Assembly (NCBI GenBank): GCA_030606865.1 | Contig: JAUWFQ010000002.1 | Span: 1-47,009 of the forward strand | Reading direction: 5' to 3' | Length of the DNA stretch: 47,009 bases | Origin: a bacterium | Lineage (GTDB): Bacteria > Fidelibacterota > Marinisomatia > Marinisomatales > JAHJCW01 | In this document: positions 26,542 to 37,605 of the stretch, piece after piece | Layout: every line of letters begins with the position of its first letter | How positions within the stretch are numbered: the first letter of the stretch is position 1 | Made by a program: the position numbers and the translations under genes | The notes under the pieces: model-generated | What the model was told of the DNA's origin: nothing | What the model saw: the letters and a program-made list of their open reading frames with translations, nothing else | Databases searched by the model: none

Positions 26542-28356
26542 TTAGTCGATAAAACCTAAGGAAATTATTGGGATATAAGTAATAGCTAATACTGCTAATA
26601 ACCTTACAACAAAAAATGGTAAGGTTGAACGGTACACTTTTAACATCGGTTTATCAAACCGATAAGCTGATAAAAATAAATTCATACCAACCGGCGGAGT
26701 AATAAATCCAAGCTCTAAATTGGCAATGAAAATAATTGCCATGTGTACAGGATGTATACCAAAATAGTCTCCTAGCGGGGCAAGCAATGGTACGAATACA
26801 ATAATCGCAGAAAATATATCCATTAGACTTCCCACCAAAAGCAATAAAATATTTAACATTAATAAAAATACATATTTTGATGAGATTGCTGTTTTTACCC
26901 ATGCTAATAGTTTTAACGGTATTTGTGCGTCTACCAAGTAGCTGGTTAAACCCATTGCTACTCCTAATATGATCAATACACCACCAATCAGAGCAGTACA
27001 ATCAATTACTATTTTAGATATGTTTTTCCATTTGAAATCTTTATAGATGTATATTTCAATTATAAGTACATAAATCACCAATGCTGCTGCAGTTTCAACT
27101 AATGTCATGTAACCTGTAAATATACCCAATAGGATAAAAATTGGAATTAATATTTCCCAAATCGATTCCTTAGTTGAAGAAAATACTTTTTTCCAATTAA
27201 AAGGTATCCGTTCTATTTTTTGTACTTTGCCTTGATAAACAGCCCAAATACCAATTAGGACAATTAGCAAAGTACCCGGTATAAATCCAGCTACAAATGC
27301 ATCCTTAACGGATACACCTGCCGAAACACTATAAATAATTAATGGCAAACTTGGTGGGAATAACAGACCCAATGAACCAGCTACAGTTATTAATCCCAAT
27401 GAGAACATTTCTGAATATCCCTCTTTCCTTAGCATTGGATACAGAAGTCCACCAAGCGCCAAAATTGTCACGCCCGATCCACCGGTCATTGCTGTAAAAA
27501 ATCCACTTAAAATCACGACAATTATCGGAGTACCGCCTGGAATCCAAGAAAATGCAGATTTAAAAAAAGACATCATCCTACGGGAAGCCCCGCTTTCTGC
27601 CAACACAAAGCCAACTAATGTAAAAAGTGGAATGGTCGGTAAAGAAGGAGAAACTACAATACGATAAGTCTCAGCAGGAATAGCAGTAATTGGTGTGAAA
27701 TCCTTCCAAAATAGTAATACTGCAATTCCTCCCAAACCTATAAAAATCGGCATTCCGTATACTAAAGAAACAAGAATTAAAGTACCAAAAATCCATATAG
27801 TCCATCCTAGTTCCTGTAGAAATCCTGCGTAACTTATTACAAACCAAAAAAGTGTTACTATAAGTATAACACCTCTATAAAATTTTGAATTACTACTCAA
27901 ATATATAAGTTGAATAGCAATAACTGCAAAACCAATTGGCATAATTATCTGCGCTACCCATCGTGGAATTCCAGGGACCACAGGCACTGAATACTGAAAC
28001 TCTATCTTTATTAATTCTATACTTGCAATCATTAACGAAATAACAATAATAACGGAAGCAGTTCGTGCGATAAATTTCCCAATATTGTATGAGCGATCGT
28101 GAGTGAATAGTGGCTTACTTGTAAGGGACAATAATTTATTATTCTGCGATGCTATCATAGCACCAATAAATGCTACCCAAAGAGTTAAATGTTGTGTCCA
28201 AATTGGAGCACCCGGAATAATAGAAACGTTAAATAGACGAGCCAGAGCTTCAAAAACAGGTACAAGTACAATTCCGGCAAAAACAAACAGGGCGATAATT
28301 GACTCGCCCTGTTCCAACCACCTTAATAATAATTTTTTATCTTTAATTCCCGTCAT
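26542..28356 (-). CDS. TRAP transporter fused small/large permease (DctQ-DctM type)
   Basis: 604 aa and polytopic. An N-terminal four-helix DctQ-like segment of about 170 aa is followed by a DctM-like 12-TM body. It overlaps the binding-protein gene by 14 nt. Confidence 0.85.
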   Translation of the reverse strand: MTGIKDKKLLLRWLEQGESIIALFVFAGIVLVPVFEALARLFNVSIIPGAPIWTQHLTLWVAFIGAMIASQNNKLLSLTSKPLFTHDRSYNIGKFIARTASVIIVISLMIASIELIKIEFQYSVPVVPGIPRWVAQIIMPIGFAVIAIQLIYLSSNSKFYRGVILIVTLFWFVISYAGFLQELGWTIWIFGTLILVSLVYGMPIFIGLGGIAVLLFWKDFTPITAIPAETYRIVVSPSLPTIPLFTLVGFVLAESGASRRMMSFFKSAFSWIPGGTPIIVVILSGFFTAMTGGSGVTILALGGLLYPMLRKEGYSEMFSLGLITVAGSLGLLFPPSLPLIIYSVSAGVSVKDAFVAGFIPGTLLIVLIGIWAVYQGKVQKIERIPFNWKKVFSSTKESIWEILIPIFILLGIFTGYMTLVETAAALVIYVLIIEIYIYKDFKWKNISKIVIDCTALIGGVLIILGVAMGLTSYLVDAQIPLKLLAWVKTAISSKYVFLLMLNILLLLVGSLMDIFSAIIVFVPLLAPLGDYFGIHPVHMAIIFIANLELGFITPPVGMNLFLSAYRFDKPMLKVYRSTLPFFVVRLLAVLAITYIPIISLGFID

Positions 28357-29362
28357 TTTTGGATTTCGAATCTAACAAATCCTTTTCTTTTTTTAATGCA
28401 ACGACTTTATCAAATATATCAGCCGGGACATAAGAACCACGTATGTCCGGATACCATTCTTCTACATATTCTTTCCAATATTGTAAATCTTCTTCTGTCA
28501 ATTCATGCACCTTGAGACCATATTGTTTCATCACTTCAATTGATTCCCCATCCTTGTATCTTCCGGATTTTCTCTGTTCTTTATCTATTTCTACAATAAT
28601 CTCTAACATTTTTTCATGATATTTAGGATCAATTTTTTCCCATATTCTTTTATCGATAACAATACCGCCGGTCAATAATCCCCACCGCATATCTAACATG
28701 TGATTTGCAATTCCAAACCATTGGCTAGCTAAGGCCACCATCGGATTTGTTCCGATAGCATTAATTAATCCGGTTTGGAGACCTGATAATATATCTATAG
28801 ATGCTAATTGGACAGCATTAAATCCTCCTCTTTTCCACAACTGTAATGTTCGAAAATCACCTGCCCAATTGAATATCTTCCTACCTTTTAAATCTTCAGG
28901 AAGTTTCATAGGGTCTTTGGTAAACCAATGTACCCAACCAATATCAGTCCAGGTGAGTAGTTTAAATCCGCTTTTTTCAATTCCTGCAATTAAATCATCT
29001 TCTAATCTCTCTCTTATCCAATCTACATCATCCCAATCATCAAAAAGCAGCGGAATTATTAGCGCATAAATATCTTGATTAAGTTCTGATAATCCCTCAG
29101 TAGTTATGGCTGCAGCATGAATTTGTCCTATCCTAATTTTTCGTATCATATCACGTTCATCACCCACAACTCCCCCGGGATATATTCTCAACTCAACAGT
29201 TCCATCAGTAGCCTCTTTCCACTTTTGTCCCATTTCTACAAGCATACCGTGCCATTCTGTTTCTTCAGGTGCAAGAGTTGCCATTTTAATTATTATTTTT
29301 TTTCCCATCAATTGAGTTGCAAACACAAATATTAATATAATTTTTATAGCATTTTTATACAT
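28343..29362 (-). CDS. TRAP transporter periplasmic solute-binding protein (DctP/TatP type)
   Basis: 339 aa with a signal peptide. Contains KMATLAPEETEWHGMLVEMGQKWKEATDGTVELRIYPGG, typical of the DctP family. Confidence 0.85.
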   Translation of the reverse strand: MYKNAIKIILIFVFATQLMGKKIIIKMATLAPEETEWHGMLVEMGQKWKEATDGTVELRIYPGGVVGDERDMIRKIRIGQIHAAAITTEGLSELNQDIYALIIPLLFDDWDDVDWIRERLEDDLIAGIEKSGFKLLTWTDIGWVHWFTKDPMKLPEDLKGRKIFNWAGDFRTLQLWKRGGFNAVQLASIDILSGLQTGLINAIGTNPMVALASQWFGIANHMLDMRWGLLTGGIVIDKRIWEKIDPKYHEKMLEIIVEIDKEQRKSGRYKDGESIEVMKQYGLKVHELTEEDLQYWKEYVEEWYPDIRGSYVPADIFDKVVALKKEKDLLDSKSKNDGN

Positions 29363-29375
29363 TCATCATCTCCGA

Positions 29376-30329
29376 TTAGTAAAATAATTCATCAATTCGT
29401 CCCATTAACCATTTCGCACGCGATTTTGCCATAGTGTTTGTTAATCGTAATTCCTTAGCACTTTCTACATTAAAGTTTAAAACATAATTAAGGTTTTCAA
29501 TAAATTCATCTTTATTTTGATTTTTAATACAAACTGATTCAGCAAATCTTACATAAACACTGCAGTCTTCACCTGAAGATGCTTGTACTGCTTTAGTAAA
29601 ATAATCCCGAGCCACTTGCTCTCTATTGACTACTGCATCAGGTCTGCTCATAGTAAAAGAAATCATCGCACTATAGAGTGCTCCACTATTCCAAGATCCA
29701 TCTATTTCCATACTTTTTTCAAGCAACCAACCGATTTTTGGTAGATCAACCACATAGATTGGATTACCTTGGCTCGATGAAATTAAACCACCTAAAGCAG
29801 CAGAAATCCAATAAAGATAAGCGATATCTTCTTCCACAAAAGGATTCTTATCAATTTCACGCTTCTCCCACCAATTTGTAAACACAGGATATTTTAATTC
29901 CATGCCATGTAACCCATATTGCATAGCGCGCTTGAACAATTTGTTAGCACGCTCATATACTTCGGTACCGGCTTTATAATTGTTTATACTTAATTTTTCT
30001 GCATCTTCCATTAAAAATCCATAAGCATACATCGTAAAACTTGATAATGCAGTTAAAAGCATTTCACGATTGTCAGGATCTTGTTTTAGAAGAATTTCAA
30101 TTATCTTCAAATTGAAAGGAAATGCTTCTTTAACTAATTGCGGGTCATCATCAGTTAAATAAACATATTCGATTGAATCAAAAACACCGTCAAATTGTTT
30201 CAATAATAACTTTTTCGGTGAACAACCGATAACAAAAATGACCATTCCAAAAAGAATGGCCATTTTAATAATTCTTTTAACGTGACTATTCATAGTCCAT
30301 TTTTTTTGATGCATATTTACAATAATCAA
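29376..30329 (-). CDS. TatT-like helical-repeat lipoprotein, the TRAP-associated T component
   Basis: Lipobox VIGCS, all-helical TPR-like sequence, and position immediately upstream of the DctP/DctQM genes. That is the same order as the Treponema pallidum tatT-tatP-tatQM locus. The true start may be an internal Met (M6 or M13). Confidence 0.6.
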   Translation of the reverse strand: MIIVNMHQKKWTMNSHVKRIIKMAILFGMVIFVIGCSPKKLLLKQFDGVFDSIEYVYLTDDDPQLVKEAFPFNLKIIEILLKQDPDNREMLLTALSSFTMYAYGFLMEDAEKLSINNYKAGTEVYERANKLFKRAMQYGLHGMELKYPVFTNWWEKREIDKNPFVEEDIAYLYWISAALGGLISSSQGNPIYVVDLPKIGWLLEKSMEIDGSWNSGALYSAMISFTMSRPDAVVNREQVARDYFTKAVQASSGEDCSVYVRFAESVCIKNQNKDEFIENLNYVLNFNVESAKELRLTNTMAKSRAKWLMGRIDELFY

Positions 30330-31624
30330 TCTCTTAATTCATCGTATAGTGGAAAACTGCTACATAACTCTTGAACTGAGTTTTTAATATTTTCAATTAA
30401 TGATTCATTTTCATGATCATTAATCACACTATCAATATATTTAACAATTTCCCGCATTTCAGCGATGCCCATTCCACGCGTTGTAATTGCCGGTGTACCG
30501 ATGCGTATTCCACTTGTTACAAACGGGCTGCGTTTGTCAAATGGTACCATATTTTTATTAACGGTAATCCCTGCTTTTTCAAGTGCTTTTTCAGCGGCTT
30601 TCCCTGTAATATTCTTATTAGTTAAATCAATTAACATCACATGTGTATCTGTTCCACCTGATATTAAATGATAATCAAGTGACATAAACTCTTCAGCCAT
30701 CGTCTTGGCATTTTTAACTATAAACTTTGTATATTCTTTAAAATCCGGTTTCAGAGCTTCACCAAACGCTACCGCTTTTGCAGCGATAATATGCATCAAC
30801 GGACCACCTTGAATTCCCGGCATTACCATAGAATCAATTAATTCTGAGATATTTTTCACTCTTCCCGACTTAGGAGCGACTTTTCCCCAAGGATTCTCAG
30901 GATCTTTACCCATCATTATCATTCCACCGCGTGGACCTCTCAATGTCTTATGTGTTGTAGTTGTAATAACATCACAATATGGCATCGGAGAAGGATGAAT
31001 TCCTGTAGCAACTAAACCAGCAGGATGAGCAATATCAGCCATTAAAAATGCGCCAACTTCATCGGCAACTTGTCGGAATTGCTCAAATTCAATGAATCTT
31101 GGATAGGCACTCCCACCACATATAATCAATTTTGGTAGATGTTCTTTTGCTAATTTCATTAAATTATTAAAATCAACTCGACCATTTTCCTTATCAACTT
31201 GATAGGAAATCACATTATATAAACGACCTGAAAAATTTACCGGACTTCCATGTGTTAAATGTCCGCCATGAGCAAGATCCAAGCCCATTATTGTATCACC
31301 AACATTCACAAAAGTCATTAATGCTGCCATATTTGCTTGAGACCCTGAATGTGGCTGTACGTTAGCATATTCAGCGTTGAATAGCTTTTTAGCTCTATCA
31401 CGAGCTAAATCTTCGGCTTCATCCACATGTTCGCATCCACCATAATATCTTTTACCGGGATAACCTTCGGCATATTTATTAGTCATTACTCCACCGGCTG
31501 TTTCAAGTACTGAGTAACTAACAAAGTTTTCGGAAGCTATTAATTCTAAAGTATTGTGCTCCCTGCTTTCTTCCCGCCCTATTATCTCAAATAGTTCGGG
31601 ATCTGTTTGTTTTAAATGCGACAA
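30326..31624 (-). CDS. glyA: Serine hydroxymethyltransferase
   Basis: Contains ELIASENF and the PLP-lysine block [17 protein letters not shown] start preceded by AGGAGG (nt 31629-31634). Confidence 0.97.
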   Translation of the reverse strand: MSHLKQTDPELFEIIGREESREHNTLELIASENFVSYSVLETAGGVMTNKYAEGYPGKRYYGGCEHVDEAEDLARDRAKKLFNAEYANVQPHSGSQANMAALMTFVNVGDTIMGLDLAHGGHLTHGSPVNFSGRLYNVISYQVDKENGRVDFNNLMKLAKEHLPKLIICGGSAYPRFIEFEQFRQVADEVGAFLMADIAHPAGLVATGIHPSPMPYCDVITTTTHKTLRGPRGGMIMMGKDPENPWGKVAPKSGRVKNISELIDSMVMPGIQGGPLMHIIAAKAVAFGEALKPDFKEYTKFIVKNAKTMAEEFMSLDYHLISGGTDTHVMLIDLTNKNITGKAAEKALEKAGITVNKNMVPFDKRSPFVTSGIRIGTPAITTRGMGIAEMREIVKYIDSVINDHENESLIENIKNSVQELCSSFPLYDELRD

Positions 31625-31635
31625 GGCCCCTCCTA

Positions 31636-32916
31636 TTACCAGCTTGAATCTTTATATAGTCTTTCAGTTACCCAATTGTAACAAGCTGTTTTCACTGTAG
31701 CGTAACCTATAGCTTTTTGACTTGCATCCAACATGAACCAATCACTTTTTGTAAATAATACCTCATTATCTCTTAACCAGTTTTTAGAACCGGAAACATT
31801 TCGGTATCCTTTACTTTCTGCTTGACTATAATATTTATATGCTAAACGCGCAACGATGCGGTCATCGCATGATACTTCAAGAGTACGGCAGGTATGGAAA
31901 GCTTTGTAATATACATCGCCTTTGGCGCCTAATGCTTCACCGGAAGATTTTGATCCTCTTATTGCTTTATCTGCCCAATAGATAGCTTTGCCGAAATTCT
32001 CTAGTTCAGAATTAACTTCACAAATTCTAATAGCAGTTTGGTAATCGCGTGAATCGAGTTCGTAAACTGATTCCAAAGATGTAGATGCATTTGCAAAATC
32101 TTCATTTAAGATATATGCGTCACCGAGTTTACTAAAAATAACTTTATTCTTAGGCTCTTTTCTACTCACAGCTTTTAATACATCAATAGCTTCATTAACG
32201 CGGTCATTTTGCAGATATGCATCCGCCAATTGAATACCATTTGAACCAGTTGGATTATTATTATATTTGTCTAAATAAAGTTCAAGTGGATCTTTCCCTG
32301 TTCTTTCAAAGGCAGTAGTTAAATCAGCAATAGCCGCTTCATTGGTTGGATCAATTTTTATTAATTTTTGTAAAACTCGGATTTGCTCTTCATACCTGCC
32401 TTCTTTGCGATAAAGTGACGCTAATTCCGTCATTACTCTAATATTATTAGGATCAAGTTCATCAAGTATTCGCTCGTATTCCACGATCTCCTGATCAGTC
32501 TTTCCCTGTCGCTTGTAGGCATAGGCTAAACGTACTCTGAGATCAATGTTGTTAGGAATTTTCTCTACCCCTTTAAGTAAAACATATTCTGAGCTATCAT
32601 ATTTACCCATTTGCTCATAAGCAATACCATAGTATTGATAAATTTCTTCCGGTGGTGCAAAGGTTGCATCCCATTCATCACAACCCAAATCAACAACTTC
32701 ATTGTAAACACGTACGGTTGATTCCCAATCGCGAGCGTGGTAATATTCTGCTGCACTACTCATTAATCGCGGACAGCGAACATTTCTAACACTATCAATT
32801 CTAGCTTTTTCAGCTAAATCTTCTGCGGATGGACCACTTGGTGGAACACACATACTAATAATTAAAGCTGATAATGCTACTAAAAATAATTTAAATGACA
32901 CTCCTTTTTTGTCCAT
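31636..32916 (-). CDS. TPR-repeat lipoprotein
   Basis: The likely start is [23 protein letters not shown] at 32916, a TGATG overlap with the upstream stop. It has multiple TPR-like units ([43 protein letters not shown]). Confidence 0.75.
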   Translation of the reverse strand: MDKKGVSFKLFLVALSALIISMCVPPSGPSAEDLAEKARIDSVRNVRCPRLMSSAAEYYHARDWESTVRVYNEVVDLGCDEWDATFAPPEEIYQYYGIAYEQMGKYDSSEYVLLKGVEKIPNNIDLRVRLAYAYKRQGKTDQEIVEYERILDELDPNNIRVMTELASLYRKEGRYEEQIRVLQKLIKIDPTNEAAIADLTTAFERTGKDPLELYLDKYNNNPTGSNGIQLADAYLQNDRVNEAIDVLKAVSRKEPKNKVIFSKLGDAYILNEDFANASTSLESVYELDSRDYQTAIRICEVNSELENFGKAIYWADKAIRGSKSSGEALGAKGDVYYKAFHTCRTLEVSCDDRIVARLAYKYYSQAESKGYRNVSGSKNWLRDNEVLFTKSDWFMLDASQKAIGYATVKTACYNWVTERLYKDSSW

Positions 32917-34187
32917 CACTGAGCTCTCCTTTTTACAAACCAAATATCTCCTACTGTGATTCCAATACTAAATTTTTGAATATTTTCATCACCAATTTCA
33001 AATAATCCTTCTCTTTTGCCAATAGAATATGCAAAATCAATCTGATTTTTTGTAACGCCAAAGTTAAAACTAAGTCCCATTGAAACACCATACTCTTTTA
33101 TATTTTTTTCAGAATTCAATAGTTTAATATTATTAGAGTATGCACCAGCTTTAAAGTTCATCCTATCAAGGAAATTTTTAGGTATTCTTGGTGTGAATTT
33201 TATAATTCCGATATTAAAATGATCTATTGATTTTATTTGATCATTTAAGGTTGAATATTTTGTCCCTATTTTTTCTTTATCCTCCCATCTAGAATATTCA
33301 CCAAGTAAGCTTATTCCTTTTTGTATAGCATAGTCAAATCCAAATTGATATTCATGCGGTGCAGATACGTTCTCTGTGTTTAAAACCAATGGATCTGTTG
33401 AATTTGATAGCTTCGGAAAATCAGAATTATCTTGTTCGCCTGAATCGTTGGAATCTTCAAATGGTTTATAATAATAAGATTTAACAGAAATTGCGTTCAA
33501 AGGCAATCCCCATCCAAAATATAAATTAAGCGGAACATTCCACTTAGATAAGATATCGCTATTTATATAAAACTTTGCCAAACTGCCCGAGTAAACATGT
33601 CTTTGCTGAGAATAATAATCTAAATCAGCAATTGAAAAAATCGTTTGTTGACGGGCTGACCCATATAAAAAATCAAAGGTAACACCGGCGTTCAAATTAT
33701 TTGAAACATTGCTGGCAAATGAAATATTAAATGCTGTAATTCCACCAAAACTGCTATACGAATGATTAATTGTTAAAGTATCGCCAAAAGCGATATAATC
33801 ATTCTCATCGCTTCCATCTAATATTAAATACTGATTAAAATACGGATGAATTCCAAGACCAAAAGCATATTTATTTTTAATCGGAACGATAAACTGAGCA
33901 TATCCAAGGTTTGAATTACCATTAATAATATCATTTAAGACAATCTTTTGCTCAACCTGATAAGTCCCGGTGAAATAAGTAAAATTTAAATTTTTCCAAG
34001 TTGATGGATTTTGCAGTGAAACATCATTCTTAAACGTTGGTAATAACCCGATTGATGATATCCCCAATGAAGCTGCATCATATATATCTATTTTTTTTCC
34101 AATTCCGTATCCATTTAATAAACTTTGACTAAATAAAGTTGAGCACAGAAATACCGCTAAAATAATAATTTTATTAAAGTTTGACAT
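32916..34187 (-). CDS. Predicted outer-membrane beta-barrel protein of unknown function
   Basis: Signal peptide MSNFNKIIILAVFLCSTLFSQ from the ATG at 34187. A PorV/FadL-like N-terminal block (DAASLGISSIGLL...SLQNPSTW). Alternating hydrophobic strands run throughout. Confidence 0.5.
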   Translation of the reverse strand: MSNFNKIIILAVFLCSTLFSQSLLNGYGIGKKIDIYDAASLGISSIGLLPTFKNDVSLQNPSTWKNLNFTYFTGTYQVEQKIVLNDIINGNSNLGYAQFIVPIKNKYAFGLGIHPYFNQYLILDGSDENDYIAFGDTLTINHSYSSFGGITAFNISFASNVSNNLNAGVTFDFLYGSARQQTIFSIADLDYYSQQRHVYSGSLAKFYINSDILSKWNVPLNLYFGWGLPLNAISVKSYYYKPFEDSNDSGEQDNSDFPKLSNSTDPLVLNTENVSAPHEYQFGFDYAIQKGISLLGEYSRWEDKEKIGTKYSTLNDQIKSIDHFNIGIIKFTPRIPKNFLDRMNFKAGAYSNNIKLLNSEKNIKEYGVSMGLSFNFGVTKNQIDFAYSIGKREGLFEIGDENIQKFSIGITVGDIWFVKRRAQ

Positions 34188-35397
34188 ATACAATCTTAAG
34201 ATATGGGTTATTATCTGAATTATTTTGATCAAATATTAAATTTGCAGACTGAAACGGATCACTGGAAGAACTACCATATAATTTGAGTCCAAAATTATTA
34301 TAACTACTGGTATTCACACCCTGCAAAAATGATCTGATTTCCATTTTCATTTGATTGGCTTCAAAAATACCGGTCATCAGGACATCCGGTTCTATTGAAT
34401 ATTCGTCTTCATCTATTTCCCAATAATTTGAAATATTAACAGAATCTTCAAGTATTGCAGCTTTGATTTCAAAATTATCTAATGATATTTCCGGAATTGA
34501 ATTGAAAATCAATTCTGCTGATTTAATTACCATAATAACTGTTGAATCTATCGGTATCTCACTTAAATCAAATTGGATTATTGATTTTAGTCCGGTTGCT
34601 CTGCCAATCGATATACTATTCATATCACTCTCTGTAACTTCGCGTGGTTCTACGATTGTCATATCTTTCAACGGAAAAAAGACACTATGCAATGTATCCT
34701 CGCTAACTCTGTAGTATACATTAATTATCGGAAAATCCGCTGTTTCGCGACTTCGAATTGATACAATATCATCAATTGGATCAATGTTCTTTAACATAAA
34801 TGTTCTATTTTGAGTGTCAGTAGTATCTGCTATAAAACTAATAACATCATCTTTATTTTCAATTGTAAAACACAATTTTGGATAAATTGATTCAGTAGAA
34901 TCAGGTACTTCCTGAGTAAAGATGCTTTGTCCAATCGAAACTGCGTTAACCACATCAGTTTCGTTAATATTTAAATAATGACTCTCCGTTTCACTAAAGA
35001 CTGAATCTCCACCTTCAGGGAAATAGTATAATTCAAATTGACTATTTGTAAGTAAGGTATCATCTGTTGCTGTGAAAGTGAAAACCAAACTATCAATGGT
35101 AACAGTTGAATCAAGTAAACTATAGTTTCGTACAATACCACTTAATGATAATGAAGAAAATTGAACGAGGGAAAATAAATTATCAAAACCATCAGCGCTA
35201 CCAAAATATATTCCATTTGTACTGCCCATTAACGGTGGTGCTAAATATGTACCACCTTCTATAGATCTTACCGTTATTGTATCAAGGTCTAAGTTTGAGT
35301 CTGATAAATTGTAAGGAATTGGATTTTCGGTACAGCTGAAAAATATTACGATAGACGTAATTATGACTATTATAGTAATAAGACGATTGTTATTCAT
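34174..35397 (-). CDS. Lipoprotein, possibly DUF4270-like
   Basis: Signal peptide with Cys (IVIFFSCT) and a beta-rich sequence. The family guess rests mainly on its position just downstream of a half-size GlgA-like gene, a pairing I recall from Bacteroidetes genomes. Confidence 0.45.
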   Translation of the reverse strand: MNNNRLITIIVIITSIVIFFSCTENPIPYNLSDSNLDLDTITVRSIEGGTYLAPPLMGSTNGIYFGSADGFDNLFSLVQFSSLSLSGIVRNYSLLDSTVTIDSLVFTFTATDDTLLTNSQFELYYFPEGGDSVFSETESHYLNINETDVVNAVSIGQSIFTQEVPDSTESIYPKLCFTIENKDDVISFIADTTDTQNRTFMLKNIDPIDDIVSIRSRETADFPIINVYYRVSEDTLHSVFFPLKDMTIVEPREVTESDMNSISIGRATGLKSIIQFDLSEIPIDSTVIMVIKSAELIFNSIPEISLDNFEIKAAILEDSVNISNYWEIDEDEYSIEPDVLMTGIFEANQMKMEIRSFLQGVNTSSYNNFGLKLYGSSSSDPFQSANLIFDQNNSDNNPYLKIVYVKL

Positions 35398-35424
35398 AAG
35401 ATTATTTGAAGTTACTACGAGCTA

Positions 35425-36252
35425 TTAAGCGGAAAGTTTCTCAATAACTTCGTTAATCTTTGTTGCTACCTCTGAATAATCCGGATATTCTGTATAATCA
35501 ATATCAATAATATGGATTTTCGATTTATTTTTCTTTATACCATCAATTTTAAGTAATTCTTTACTCATATCATTACCAGGTTGATTAAGCAGAATAATCG
35601 CATCAGCGTATTCTGCTGATATACTATAAGCATTAATTACTTTTTTGTCTAAAGATTTTGGAATTTCAATTCCAGCTTTCTTATATGCATCGCGACTAAA
35701 TTTGGGATAATTATCAAGCCAGTGTATCAACTGCACCGTTTTAATATTTTTATAAAACTCACCACCTTCAAATTTTTGCTTATATAAAACAGGAATTAGT
35801 GCTGATTGCCATCCATTGCAAAGTATTACATCAGGACTCCAAAAAAGATGAGGTAATGTTGCTAAAACAGAATTACTGAAAAATGCTGAACGAACATCAT
35901 TGTCAGTTAGAATACGACCATTTTTAGATTTATAAAGCAAATTAGATAACGGTTTAAACCACTCTGTGTGTTCAAGAAAATACACTTGCACTCTTGTCTT
36001 TGGTATAAAAGCGCTTTTAGCTGAAGTGCTAATTTCTTCACCATCAAATTGAAAAGGTATATTTCGCAATCTAATTACCTCGCGGAGAATATATTTCCTT
36101 TCACTAATAAAACCGTATTTAGGAGCTATTGTGCGAATATCATGATGCATTTCTTGCAGTTTTAACGGAATATTTACCGAAAAATCGCCTAAGGGCGATA
36201 CACTCGCAAAAGGTGTCATTTCAGTTGTTACATAGAATAATTTTTTTGACAT
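35425..36252 (-). CDS. Half-size glycogen/starch synthase homolog, GT5 N-terminal domain only
   Basis: Contains LFYVTTEMTPFASVSPLGDFSVNIPLKLQEMHHDIRTIAPKYG, matching the GlgA N-terminus. At 275 aa it lacks the C-terminal GT-B half. Confidence 0.75.
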   Translation of the reverse strand: MSKKLFYVTTEMTPFASVSPLGDFSVNIPLKLQEMHHDIRTIAPKYGFISERKYILREVIRLRNIPFQFDGEEISTSAKSAFIPKTRVQVYFLEHTEWFKPLSNLLYKSKNGRILTDNDVRSAFFSNSVLATLPHLFWSPDVILCNGWQSALIPVLYKQKFEGGEFYKNIKTVQLIHWLDNYPKFSRDAYKKAGIEIPKSLDKKVINAYSISAEYADAIILLNQPGNDMSKELLKIDGIKKNKSKIHIIDIDYTEYPDYSEVATKINEVIEKLSA

Positions 36253-36393
36253 ATAATTTATCTTTAAATTTTTAATAGTTATTTCTCACATGACATATTT
36301 ACACACAATACCCAACAACATAAATTGGAAATTAATACATCAAATGAGAGGGTCGAATTTACAATTTTATTAATTCATCTACAATATATTACA

Positions 36394-37605
36394 TCAATCA
36401 GACCAATGCGATGCAAAATTAAGAACTATTCCTATCATCATGAATGAAGATACTAAAAACGACCCTCCATACGATATAAACGGCAACGGTAAGCCTTTTA
36501 CCGGAATTAATCCGACAGTCATAGCTGAATTAACAAATACTTGCGCTAATAAGATAGATGCAATACCAATTAGTATAATACTCGTAAATCGATCTTTAAC
36601 GATATATGCAAATTGGATAATCTTGTAAATAATAAAAGCATACAATAAAAAAATTGCTAATATGGCAATGAAACCAAATTCCTCGCCGATTACTGATAAT
36701 ATAAAATCAGTTTCTTGAACCGGTAAAAATTTCAATTGTGTTTGCGTTCCTAGCATCCAACCTTTTCCAAATAATCCACCCGAGCCGATAGCAGTCTGAC
36801 TTTGTATTATTTGATAAGCCGCACCTAATGGATCAAGTTCAGGATTAAATAAAGTTAGTATTCGCTTTTGCTGATATGGATGGAGAATGTTCCAAATTAC
36901 TGGCGCAAAAAGTCCCAAAAATATATTTCCGAAAAATACGGTAACACCTTCCCATATTTTAGGTTTCGACAATAAAATTATAACTACTAATACAATGCCC
37001 CACAATGTAAAGGAAATATTATGAAATGCTGTCAATATGCTAAAAATTGGTGCAATTAGTATAAATAGATGATAAGGACGGGCTTTGACCCAAAAAAGTA
37101 TTGGCAGGATGGGCGCTATCATAATTATCGCAGTACCTAAGTCGGGTTGACTAAATACAATAAATGCTGGTAAAAGGATAATCAAAATAGGTATTGTAAA
37201 TGATAACATATTATCCATTTTTATATTTCTATCCGATAAATATCTTGCAAGAAAAATAATAGAAATCCATTTAGCATATTCCGAAGGTTGAACGCCAATC
37301 GAACCAATATGTATCCAACGATTTGCAGATATAGATGAACTGATAAATGATGGTACAATGATTGCAATTGTGGCTAATATATATATAATTATACTATACT
37401 TATGATATAACTTAATAGGAATATTGAACATAACAATCAGTGCAATAATTCCAAATATCAAGAATATTAATTGTTTAAAGAATGAAGATGAATAAAATTG
37501 CATATTTTGGTGAAGTGAAATACTATATAGTGCCATCAAGCTAATAATAATTAAAAACACAATCGGTATTATTATTATATATACTTTTGTAGTTTTATTC
37601 CGCAT
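36394..37605 (-). CDS. rodA: Peptidoglycan glycosyltransferase RodA (SEDS family)
   Basis: Polytopic, with C-terminal PVKGLPLPFISYGGSFLVSSFMMIGIV. The ORF-track N-terminus (to 37707) runs 113 nt into mrdA. An ATG at 37605 (MRNKTTKVY) or at 37614 is more plausible. Confidence 0.9.
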   Translation of the reverse strand: MRNKTTKVYIIIIPIVFLIIISLMALYSISLHQNMQFYSSSFFKQLIFLIFGIIALIVMFNIPIKLYHKYSIIIYILATIAIIVPSFISSSISANRWIHIGSIGVQPSEYAKWISIIFLARYLSDRNIKMDNMLSFTIPILIILLPAFIVFSQPDLGTAIIMIAPILPILFWVKARPYHLFILIAPIFSILTAFHNISFTLWGIVLVVIILLSKPKIWEGVTVFFGNIFLGLFAPVIWNILHPYQQKRILTLFNPELDPLGAAYQIIQSQTAIGSGGLFGKGWMLGTQTQLKFLPVQETDFILSVIGEEFGFIAILAIFLLYAFIIYKIIQFAYIVKDRFTSIILIGIASILLAQVFVNSAMTVGLIPVKGLPLPFISYGGSFLVSSFMMIGIVLNFASHWSD

